The notes under the pieces were generated by a model, which had not been told where the DNA came from, made no database searches, and worked only from the letters and a program-made list of their open reading frames with translations. A DNA stretch of 58,478 bases, the filler included, from Blastocystis sp. subtype 4 (Eukaryota): the NCBI RefSeq assembly GCF_000743755.1. It is 2 parts of 2 records of this genome, joined end to end, with 100 filler letters (N's around TTAATTAATTAA, not from the genome) between each part and the next. Parts side by side here need not be neighbours in the genome. Positions count along the whole stretch, not along the records: positions 29,301 to 58,478 come from NW_014569421.1; 1 more part is not named here. One strand, 5' to 3'. Positions 39,197 to 50,638 of this stretch are shown here, piece after piece. Position 1 is the first letter of the stretch. Each line of letters opens with the position of its first letter. The translations under genes were made by a program, and so were the position numbers.

Positions 39197-39358
39197 TCGC
39201 GAAATAGTTTGAAGCGAAAGAATCGCGGTTCGAATGGCAAATGAAAAGATCGGTACGATTTGACAAAAACCGTTATCGTCGTTAACGAACACTCACTTGA
39301 ATCCTTGAGACTCTTGTCATTTTCTTTCTCGGATGAAGAAGGGGTAGGCATCAAATCG

Positions 39359-40893
39359 ATGAGTATTATTCTTCAGTTTGCTTCTTGCAGCCTCGATTGT
39401 CACTTTAATTCTCGATATGGGAGGAGGACCCGTTTTCATTGTCTATGCATCAATGAACTTAAACAAAAATGCATCGATTCCTGCAGCAACGTGGTTACTT
39501 GTGTTTCTTTCTGTCATTATTTCATTATTAGGTTCGGGGAATCTTAAATATTGTACAATATATAACCGTTCTTGTTTTGTGTGTTATGGTCTCTCGGATT
39601 AAGCGATACTATTCACGTAGGGAGGAAGCATTGTTGCTGCATATTATTCTTATGATTTATAGAGTGGTAGCTAACTTCTTAACAACGAGTCCAGCTGCAT
39701 ATACGTACTATCTGATGATTCTGGGAGGTGTTGTATGGAATTCACTCGGAAGTGGATGGGTTGGACCCGCTTTCCAAGATTACAGTCGTTCATTTGGCAT
39801 CTGTTATCTAGTATGTGTGATTCTTTCATGGATCAGTACTATTATCTCTCCTACATTCGTTTTATCTGGTAGGATTCTTTGTTACGGTTAATCCAAAGGT
39901 GGATTGGTATATTCGGTTCGAAAAAAGCAAGAAGAATATCAGCAAGTTCAAGGAAGTGTGATGGATGATCTATTGAATGATGAAAATGCGATTCTTGATT
40001 TGGATAAGATTATGAAACGAATCAACAGTGATGGAACTACACTGTCTGTAGATGACATTCTGTGGAGAGAGAAGTATATTTTATCCCCGGATAACAAGAT
40101 GACGGAGACACAACCTGTGGAGTTTTCAGATGACGTAAGACCTGTGATTGTGACGGATATCCGCTCTTCCTGTGAAGATACGAGTAATCCGTTGTTAGAG
40201 GATCTAACGCGGGAATTGAATCGTCCTTTTTCTCCTGTGAACGATATTGTATTGATTCATCGAGATGTGTTGGATGAGGAAGGAGATGAACAAGAAGATG
40301 ATGCAGATTTGGAACTTCGACGGGCATTGTCGCAGCAGCAAGCCATCGTACAGTGTCCTAGTGATGTTCTGATCACTGAATCCATTCTTTCTCCGTCTCA
40401 TGAGTCTTCACCTTTTCCTAGTCCTACAGTTGCCAACTCTTCTCCTCTTCTTTGCCCTGCAGTGCCTAGTACATTGCCTCTTCTTCATACTCCCATTTCC
40501 AGTTCCTCATCTCCTCATCTCTCATTCCCAAATTCCTCTCCTCTCCAATCATCAGGTCAAACATCAATTTCTTCTACAGAGTCCAGAAGAGAGAGTTTCG
40601 GTTCTACACGAACGCTTAGAATACATCGGGACGTATCGATACGAAGTGCAAAGGAGAACATCGTGCGTTCTGAAACTGTGATTCATGAACCATCAATTAG
40701 CGCGTATAATTAGTGGAAAAGAATAACCAATAGAGAAGAGGATGCTCCCTTTCGGTTTCCTTACTCAATACCAAGTACAGAATATGTTGATCTCTCTCAA
40801 CAGATGATTGATCAGATAAATGAGGGACAGTTCGACAAGTGTCCAACTGATGAAAATGTCAACAAATTTTCATTTGATTCGTGTGTTTCCTGA
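39359..40893 (+). CDS. Multi-pass membrane protein with long acidic/Ser-Pro-rich cytosolic tail
   Basis: Hydrophobic ORFs 39378-39602 and 39577-39891, then 39904-40713 continued after a 30-nt intron. Confidence 0.55.
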
Positions 40894-40929
40894 AAACAAT
40901 GAACTCCCATTCCCATTGATGTGCGATAT

Positions 40930-41573
40930 TTACTCGTCATCCTCGCTCTCCTCAGCGACGCACAGCTCCTTATCAGAGACGTAGATACCATCAAGGAACT
41001 TACGGATATCCTTGTTTCTCACCAGCACAGACTGATAGATCTGAGCAGCTACATATCATCCAAAATGTCATCACTTACCAGAAGTGGACACAGCTTCGAT
41101 ATCGTTTCCCTCGAGGATGATCTCATCCTTCTGAGCCTCAGACTTGGCCACAGTCACTCCTTCGAGCATGTGGATATGACGCACTCTCTTCTCTCCAAGG
41201 AAGTTACGCACCTCCACCTTCTTTCCCTCCTTGTTGATAGCAACATTGATGGGGAAGTGGGCGTACACGAAACGCATCTTGTAGCGGTATCCGTGAGTCA
41301 CACCAGTGATCATGTTGCGGATGTGAGTGCAGATCGAACGTACAACAGCAATGTTCTTGTGGAGTCCGAACCACAGGTCAACAACAACTCTGTTATCCTC
41401 CTTCTTGATATCGACGAACTGGTGGCTGAAGTCACGACGAAGGGTTCCACGAGGTCCCTTCACTACAACACGTCGGTTCTTGATGTACACTTCCACTAGT
41501 CGCTCACTTTCGTAAAACACTCCCTACCTCCTTCGGGAATCTCAACATGGTTAGAAGAAAGAGTTATCTTCAT
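40930..41573 (-). CDS. RPL9: 60S ribosomal protein L9 (uL6)
   Basis: [52 protein letters not shown]. Confidence 0.96.
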
Positions 41574-41963
41574 TCTGATTCAATCTATTCAGGGAATAAG
41601 GAATTCTGTGCCTCTCCATTCATCACCAAATGTACAGTGATACCCACTTCATGATTATCAAGAAGGAGGTTTATGGAGTGAAAACAGTGCAAAGAATGAC
41701 TCTGATGGTAAACAGTATGTAAGAAAGAACTTGAAAATACTAAAAGAGATAGAATCCATGGTTTCATAGAATAAAGATTCATTTCACGCTGACCAAAGAA
41801 GCCGTTATGTCACTACTTGAACTGTGTGGAACCGATGAGACCGATATGCAATCGGAAAAGTAGTCGCTTTAGTGGTAAATGACGATGTAGTCGTCCTCTG
41901 GATATATCACTAGAATCTCTGAACAAATTTATGATTCTTTATCGGAAGGAATCAGTTGAAGGG

Positions 41964-44900
41964 ATGGAAAAAGACCTGGCTGTTGATTTGATGTGGTTGT
42001 ATTATTCATAGTGTGATAATGATGAATGGAAACAGCAACAACTTTCTGTACTATTAACTTTATGACTTGATGGTGTAGGTCATAAAGATTGCTGCAGATG
42101 TCCTTTATGGAAACTACAAGGCGTTATTTGATAGAGAGGTGTTTAAATCGCTCTTGTTAGCGGATCGTTCGCTCAATGAGAGCATTTGTACTGTAACTCA
42201 CATCGGTAATATGTAGTTTCTCCAGGAAGTGGATTAATGTGCTTAACGTCATTCCTAAAGCAACGAGTCGTCTCGTTCATTCACTCTGCAAACAACGATA
42301 ATGAAGAGATTCTAAAGTATCCATCATCTTTTGTTCGCATAAAATGTAGACAGCAAGAGATCCTTCTAGTAGCAGTCACCCTTCTAAACATGTACATGCA
42401 AGCCAATTATACTGGTCCAGAACTCCATGAGGTCTTCGCAGAGATTTCTTCTTTCTACCCATTCCCGTGGTTCCATTCTGTCAAAGAGGAGGATATGAAA
42501 CAAAGTTCCATAGCACTCCAAACACTTGAGATTGATGGTGAAACTCCCTATGAATTGGAGAAGTTCCCTTTATTACTGTCAACAGCAGAGTCTTTATTGC
42601 TCCTTCTAGAAGAAGTGGCTCATCCATCGATCTGTTTGTATGTCCGATGGTGGTTGGCACGCAGTGCTGTGGTACATCATCGTTGTCTTTTAGGTAACCT
42701 CTCTCCTACGCTATGTGACCGAGTACGGTCGAATCAGTCCTGGATTGAAGAACAGTAAGAATGGAGAAGATGATGAAGAATAGACTTCGATCGCATGTAT
42801 CAGAGACAGATCCATGGGAATTAGTCCGTTGTTTGATTGAAGAAGGATTGTTTTATCTGTATACCTTTGAAACAGAGAAAGCAAACCCATTCTTCTTAGA
42901 AGCAATGAAATGTTCTATAGAATGAGAAGAATGATCAAATAGATAGTCAAATTGAGTGTGAGTTAACTGGGGTAAAAGGAAGAAGGACAAAATATCAGAC
43001 TTTTGATACATCCCAATTGCTTGTTGTTGCAAATAGGTGAATAATAGAATTATAATATCATTTCTAGTAAATTGGATGAGAATCAAATCACTTCATCAAC
43101 AGACATTGTACATACCAATTATGAATGGATCATTCTTAGTCACGAATTCCAAATGTTGTTAAATTAGATGAAGTAAATAAGGATAACATTATGTTAGAAA
43201 GTGTTCTTATTGCTCCTGATACTGATTCTCATCTTCGTGAACAAAGTCGTTTATCTGTGATGGATCAGATTCTTATTCAATGTCTTTGTATTGATATTAA
43301 GAATAACAATCCAAAACATGGTTTGATTACTGAACAGATGGCTTCATATATTCAGCGTATTCTGGTTATCATTCTATTGAAGTTTTATCATAGGCACATC
43401 CTTCCAATTGGACCGTGTACAGTTATTCCTTGTTATTAAAGACCTTTGTTGATTATGAGAATATGCGTACCAAAGAACGTGCTATCTTGCAATTGCAAGT
43501 TCTCGTAGATCAGCTCAGTAATGAAACAACACCTTTATTAAGTAATAAGGAGGCAAATCAGGCGAATGCTCCAGTATGGGAGCGATTGATGGTAGGGATT
43601 GGAATTTGAAGTAAATGAATAGTATCTTTATAGTACAGGATACCCTCCTTTTTGGGAATTGAAGAAAAGATTGGCAGAACATTATTTTAGTTATGGAGTT
43701 GTTATGACTGCTTTGGGGATTTATCGTGAATTAGAGCTCTTTGAAGATGTTATTAATTGTTTGGAAATTATTGGAAAGAAAGACGAAGCAATCACCATGG
43801 TACAGAAATCATGCCTTTTTTAAAAGTAGTTGGAAGAAAGAATTCAAACTAAAGGAGAGACACCTTATTTATTATGTCGAATGGGTGAATTGAAGAAGAG
43901 TCCTAAATTGATGGAGAAAGCATGGGAAGTATCTAATCATCATTATGCTCGCGCTCAACGTGATTTGGGTGATTATTATTACGAGAAGGGAGAATATGAG
44001 CAATGCAAATCATATTATTCTGCAGCTGTATAATTGATTTGTGGGGCTTATTGATAGTTAACAATTAACATGTTATATCCTAGTACGTGGTTTAAGAGTG
44101 CTGTTGCATCAATGCACACAGGTGATTATCTTCATAGTATCACGTGCTTTACTACGTTATTGAAGCTAAATCCTGAATTTGGTGAAGGATGGTCAAATCT
44201 AGCAGGTGTGTTGATGAAAGTTGGTAGGATGAAAGAAGCATATGAAGCTGCTTGTCAAAGTATACGCTTTCTTCGTGAGAATTGGCGTGTATGGGATAAT
44301 TACATCACAATTAGTGTAAGAGAGAGAAAGAGACATGTGATGAGTAGATGTTAGCAAAGCGATATGCTTCTGTGATTGAAGGATTGAGTACTCTGTTGGA
44401 TCTTAAGGATAAGAATCAAATGGACTTGGATTACAATCTGATTTCGAATCTCACTTATTCAGTACTGAATAAACAAACTGTGGAAGAGAAATGTGATGAT
44501 TCAGACACTTTAGAAGTGGTAGAAACTCCTTTGGATGACAGTGTGTTTGATCGATTGAATGCTACACTATCAGGTTTGGAAGAGAAATTAGATCAAGAAT
44601 ATGAAGAGGAAGAAGAGGAGAAGAAGGAAACAGTAACTACAGAAAATGAACGTCAGTTCTTACTAAAGAAATTAGCAGAACTCTTTGATAAGCTGCAGAA
44701 AATGGTAAGAGAGAAGAGAGAGTATAATGATTAGTTCCCTCGAGATGTGAAGCTGTATGAAATCTTGTATTACTTCTACTCAACAACAGATCAAACAGAA
44801 TTAGCATTTGATGCTATGTTGAAGAAGTGTCGTTCTTTCATGACAGGAAACTATTTGGCTTCAGAAGAATCCGTAAAGAAAGTTTTAACAGCTGGCTATA

Positions 44901-45054
44901 GTTTGATCAAGTTTGTAGTCGAGAAGGATTATTCGAAGAAGTTCTTTGAAGTGAAAATGCTTTGTCGAAGTATCATTTCTCGATGTTCTCGCTCGTACAG
45001 TTCTTTAGAAGAGTATACTCAACTCAAATCGTATATTGAGGAACATGATAAGTA
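41964..45054 (+). CDS. TTC27: TPR protein TTC27/Emw1
   Basis: MQANYTGP, RWWLARSAVVHHRCL, KERAILQLQVLVDQ, EKAWEVSNHHYARAQR, WSNLA, WRVWDNY. Predicted end EEHDK+TA(45053-45054). Confidence 0.85.
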
Positions 45055-45085
45055 CAAGTGTTTGTAACAAAGAATCTAACCACAC

Positions 45086-47426
45086 TCAATTCGACTTTGG
45101 AGTTTCTGTTATAACTTCATCCTTCTTAATTGATACCACTTCCTGAGGGAGCTTGAACTCACCTCCCAAAGCAGCAAGCAGCAAGTTATTCAAACGAGGA
45201 ATCATCGTACGAGGATCATCCAGAAGTCCAGCAGATACCAGACAATTATCGTACAACTGCTCTGTCAAACACTGAGCCAGCAGAGGCTTGACTGTTTTCA
45301 CTTCATTCAACTTCATCAGAAGAGGATGATGAGGATTCACCTCCAACACAAGTGGCTCCAGAGGCATCAAGCCCTTGAGATCACCTCGAGCAGCTTGCAT
45401 CATCTTCACCATTCGTCGGTATCCAGCATTGTTGCTATCAGTCACGATAGCAGGTGATTCCACTAGACGATGTGTTACTTTCACATCCTTCACCTTCTCG
45501 CCCAACGAAGTCTTCATCCATGAGACCAACTCTGCAGCCTGCTGCTCATTCAAACCTGTTGTTTGTGCTGCCTCTCCTTCCTTCTCCTCCTGCTTCTTAT
45601 CCTCAGCAGACAGATCAATTGAAGCATTTTCCACTGAGACAAACTTCTTACCCTTGAACTCACGAACATTTGTCATGACGAAGTCATCAACAGGATTATA
45701 GAGGAACAATACTTCCAAATTCTTCTTCTTAAACACTTCATAATAAGGAGAACTCTCAGCAAGATCACGACTACTAATATTCAAAAAATAGATATCCTTT
45801 TGATCTGCAGGCATTCGACTCACATACTCATCCAATGTGGTCAATTCCTTCTCATCCTTCGATGAACTCTCAAACATCAATACAGAAGCCAAGTCTTGAC
45901 GATTGTCATAATCCTGAATCACTCCTTCCTTCAAGAAGGCATTAAATTCCTTGTAGAAAGTCAAATACTGATCACGTTCCTTCTTACTCTTATCACTCAA
46001 GAAACGAAGGAATTTCTTTGTCAAAATCTTTCGAATTCGCTTCACTAACAAGGAATCTTGCATATTCTCACGAGAAAGAGACAGAGGAATGTCATCACTG
46101 TCAACAACACCATATACAAATCTCATCCAATCAGGAAGCAAATTCTTGCTATGAGGTTCAATCAGAATCTTGCGAGAATAGAGTGAGACACCAGGCTCCA
46201 TACGACCCAAACCCATCTTCTCTGTCTGCATGCTACCTACATAGAAGAGAGCCTTCAATGTGATAGGAGCATCTGCAGTGAAATGAAGACGGAAGAGAGG
46301 AGTATCCCATCTAGTAATGATAACCAATCAGTAATCATTACCCCTGACCAATGAAATGATAGAAATCAAGATACTGTTGTTCAGTGATGGAATTCTTATC
46401 CATTGCCCATATGGCATGTACCGTGTTCACTTCCTTTCCATTGAGACGAATGGGATGATTCACAAAGTTACTGTACTTCTTAATAACTCGTTGAACTGTC
46501 TGATCCAGAGCATACTTCTTCTGGTCCTCCTTCAGATGCAAGACAATTGTCGTACCACGAGGAGATTCTGTTGATTTGGTGATCTGATAGTCACCAGTTC
46601 TACTTATTACTTCTCATATACGTTAGTACCCTTCAGATGACCAACAATATGTGGTATCATCAGTTGCAGAATGTGAATAGACATCCACATGATCAGCTAC
46701 CATGAAGGCAGCATAGAAACCAACTCCAAAGTGACCGATCAGAGAACTGCCCAGATCACCCGCCTTTCCCTATTCATAACCCACTTCTAGAATACTCACT
46801 TCGTCCGTAGCCTTCTTAAGGAAAGCCTTTGATCCAGAACGAGCAATCACTCCAAGATTCTCTTCCATCTCCTTCTTTGTCATACCAATACCCGTATCCT
46901 GAATTGTAATGGTTCCATTCTTCTCATCCGTGTAAATACGAATCTCCAGAGGCAAATCCTTGTCATTCACAGCCATTCCTGACACTTGCTCATGACGAAG
47001 CTTCTCCAGAGCATCCGAAGCATTTGAAATCAGCTCTCTCAAGAACACCTCCTTGTCTGTGTAGATCGAATTCGTCACAATATCGAGCAGCTGCTTCGTC
47101 TCAGCCTGGAATTCGTGCTTCTCCTCAGTAGCACCTTCTTCCTTCTTAGGTGGAACAAACTCCACTTTCTTCTCCTCCTCTTTCTTTTCATTTCCTTCAT
47201 CCTTCTCATTGAACAGCATCTCTGAAGCCATCTTCTTGGCCTCCTCAGGACTCAAACCTTCCTTCTTCTCATCATCAGCGGCAGTCGAGAAGAGCATTGC
47301 ACACACATTACTCGAAGGAGCAAGACGATAACAATTGTAGTTACCTGCAAGTCTGCGAACTGCGAGTCTGCTGTTAGCACGGAATCCTTTCACCAATGTA
47401 TTGAAAGCACGACTTCTAAAAGACAT
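45086..47426 (-). CDS. TRAP1: Organellar HSP90 (TRAP1/HSP75)
   Basis: Arg-rich targeting-like N-terminus; [61 protein letters not shown]. Confidence 0.93.
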
Positions 47427-47681
47427 TTCTCTCGATCAAACTGATTCTTAGCCTTTCCTTATACAACACAGAAAAAGGAGAAACAGGGAAATAGAACATT
47501 CGATCTAATTCTCAAGGAATTTTGGATCCTCTTTTTGGGCAAGCTGTTAATCTCCTCATCTGTAAGGAGTGACGACATAGGACATTATGCATCGTCTGAG
47601 AGTTCCACTTTTTCCACGATTTTTCTCTGCACGGTACAATACTTTTTCATTTCTTTTCTCACTTAAGTATAACTGTAGAAA

Positions 47682-49002
47682 ATGAAATTTGTATCACTCT
47701 CATATTTGTTGTGATAGCTAGAAAGAAAAGTTAGAACTGATTATTGTTGCAGTTGTTGCAATCTTGGTTGCAGCGGCTGAAATTGTCATGTATGCAATTG
47801 TGGATATAATGCGGTTCTTTATTGGAGAACAGCATGTTCGTTATTGGAAATCCTATATTATGGTTATTTCATTGTTGAGTTATGATTCGTAGGGAGTATA
47901 TCTACGGTTCGTTCGTTTCTTTATTGCTGATTTCAAACTGATTCTGTCTGGAGATATTGATAAAGTGGAAGAAACGAAGAATAAGTGTGTTTGCTTGTTG
48001 TCTTTTAGGTTAGACGATCTTTCTTTATGGTCAACCATCAGACCGAATTGGACTGGATCTTTAGCTGTTACTTTTTACAGATGTTTGACAAAGAATCTGA
48101 CTTCTCTGCAGTCATGAAAGGATCCTTGGGGTAGATCATAGATAATTATCTAAGTGTTAGTAAGATTCCTATTTTAGGACCTGTTGTCCAGGATCTCAAT
48201 ATGTGTCTTCTGGATCGTCACTGGGAAACCGATCAAGATCACTTCCGACATTTCTTGGAGCGATTTGAATCTCATCCTTGTGCAGAATGTGTCTTCTTCT
48301 GTCCTGAAGGCACAACAATCACTAGGGCGAGTTATGAGCGATCGAAGTCATTTGCTCAGCGATCCAACCGACCAAAGTTTGAAGTATGTCTTCTGAAGTA
48401 GATTTGATCATAGCATGTACTGCTACCTCGTTCTACAGGTTTGGCTTTTATCATCAAGGAATTACGGGAATGGGAAGAGAATACTGGAGAATCTGTATAT
48501 CTTTATAATATTACAATGCAGTTTGAAGGGTATTCGGGAGAGATTTGTAGTGATGACAATTATGGTCGTGAAGTTGATGTAACTTTCCCTTCTTTTGAAA
48601 ATTCCTTCTGGAAGGTATAATTAAATCATATTCATGATCTGAAGCGAATCCCGATAGGATGTCACATGCATGTTGAAGTGGTTCCTCTTTCGAGCATTGT
48701 GGACAAGGAAATGAGAGACGCAGATTCAATCAATAAGCAAACAGAGAAGTGGCTCGATCAGAAATGGATTGAAAAGGAGAATGAATTAGAGTATTTTACG
48801 AAACACCAATCATTTGATGCAGAATGGACTAAGAATCAGGTATTGTCTTGTTGCATGAGTGACTTGCAGAGAATCGAGAACTTTAACTTGATTCATCGTA
48901 TTCGTGATTTAGTTCCTTGTTTGATTTTGTTGGGCATTGCTCTGCTTCTAGATATTGTGGTCTTTAAGGGTATTCGTGGTTTGATTTATGCTCTTTTAAA
49001 GT
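47682..49002 (+). CDS. Lysophospholipid acyltransferase (LPAT/LCLAT1-like)
   Basis: NHQTELDWIF (HX4D), FFCPEGT and HVLLPRSTG. Ends IYALLK+T(49002) before TGTTTGTT. Confidence 0.88.
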
Positions 49003-49062
49003 ATCGTGTTTGTTTGAATTGTGCTATCTATGGAGAAAAGTGATTCGGTAAACAGCCGAGAA

Positions 49063-50614
49063 ATGAATACAGAAACCGTTAGGATTTTGTCAACTCATTA
49101 AATACGATGAAGAGAGAGATTTCATCGGAATCGTCATCATCCAGTAGTGCTTCCAGTGACGATGACTACTTGGACACAGCATTCGAGCAGATGATGGCAG
49201 ATGTAATCCTTCTAAAGGACGTCTAATCTTTAGCATCGTTGCAGTTCATCTACAAATAGAAGCAATCAGCAGTTGGATGAGAAGCGAGTTGCTACAGAAC
49301 AGGCGATATCTATTAACAAGGAATTGAGAGGATCCCAAACAGATAACAAGCAATCAGTTGGCTCTCCTAGCATCAACAAGAATTCAAAGAAACATTTTGA
49401 ACAACAGAAACACTCTTATGAAGAAGTTGTGATTGGTAAACGAGTTGTGATCCCTCGGTTCTACAATGAAGTGTATGAACGAAAAGTGATTGTAATATTT
49501 TCCATATGATATTAAGAGATTGTTTAGTATTATTGAAGACGTTACAGATTTGATTTGGGCTGATGTTCGTTCATCTTTAGGATTCGATAATGAGGAGAGT
49601 ATTTGGTGGCCAGGTCGTGTATATTGTTATCTGACATGTCTAAAATAGATTCTGACAGATGAAGAACGCAATCTATTCAAGACAACTCCTCTCCAAGATG
49701 TACTATTAAATAAGAATACAAATATATTGGTTGAGCTTTTTGGCTTTCGTGATGAGCATTTTCGTTATCATCCGTTTGAATACTTCTTTTATGTGACACT
49801 TAGAATTATCGTGAATCGTAAAGTTATTCGTTCCCTTTTCGACCCTGAGGTTAATCGTGATGCAGCTGCATTCATAGGAGATCCTAATAGGAGGCTCGAT
49901 GACAAACAGACAATTATTCGTTATTTTAACAATGGATTAAGTCTCCTTGATCAGTTGTGTCAAGACCGCAACTATACCAAGGAAACTGCTTCCAGTATTT
50001 TGCAGATGGAAGGAGATACCATGCTAAATGATACTTCCATTGTAGAGGTAGACTCAACTTATGAACAGAGATTAGCTAAAGTCAACATTGAGTCCAAATC
50101 ATTCATTTGTAGAATATTGTAGAAATAGAAGGAAATCATGAAGATCGTGAAACTCTTCATGCAGGTGAAATAATTGGATACTATTATAAGCCTGTATTTG
50201 AATTCATTTCATTTTGGTTATTTCGTAGTTTGGACCTGTTGGAGACAAACGCGCTTACTTCGAAACCCATATTCTTGAAATTTATGACTATAATGGTCGC
50301 AAAATGATGAAATTGGAGAACAACCATGTGTAGTAACCGAGATAAAGAATGATCAGTAGATTAGCTGAAGATACGCAAGTAAAACGGATATGTGATATAG
50401 AGGGAATTCCTATTGAATCAGGTGGGTATTTGAACGGGAGTTCTTAGGATAGATGGTCAATACAAATGTTTGGGAGAGTATGAAATGGCGTTAACAACAG
50501 TTAGTTCCAGTATGAAGGAAAGAATGAACGATTTGGAAAAATTGAAGACTGATCTCGCCGACATTCGTACCTTCTACAACAAGAAGGTTTCAGAACTAGA
50601 AAACAATAAACATT
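49063..50614 (+). CDS. PWWP-domain protein
   Basis: DLIWADVR...SIWWPGR|...ILVELFG. Ends ENNKH+T(50614) before TGTTTTGC. Confidence 0.65.
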
Positions 50615-50638
50615 CTCTTGTTTTGCACAAACACTCAA

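Noticed and set aside
40704..40733. In-frame TAG at 40711-40713
   Set aside because: It falls within a 30-nt GT-AG intron.
40921..41499. 192-aa plus-strand ORF
   Set aside because: Antisense shadow of codon-biased RPL9; the same applies to 12987-13292 opposite RPL27.
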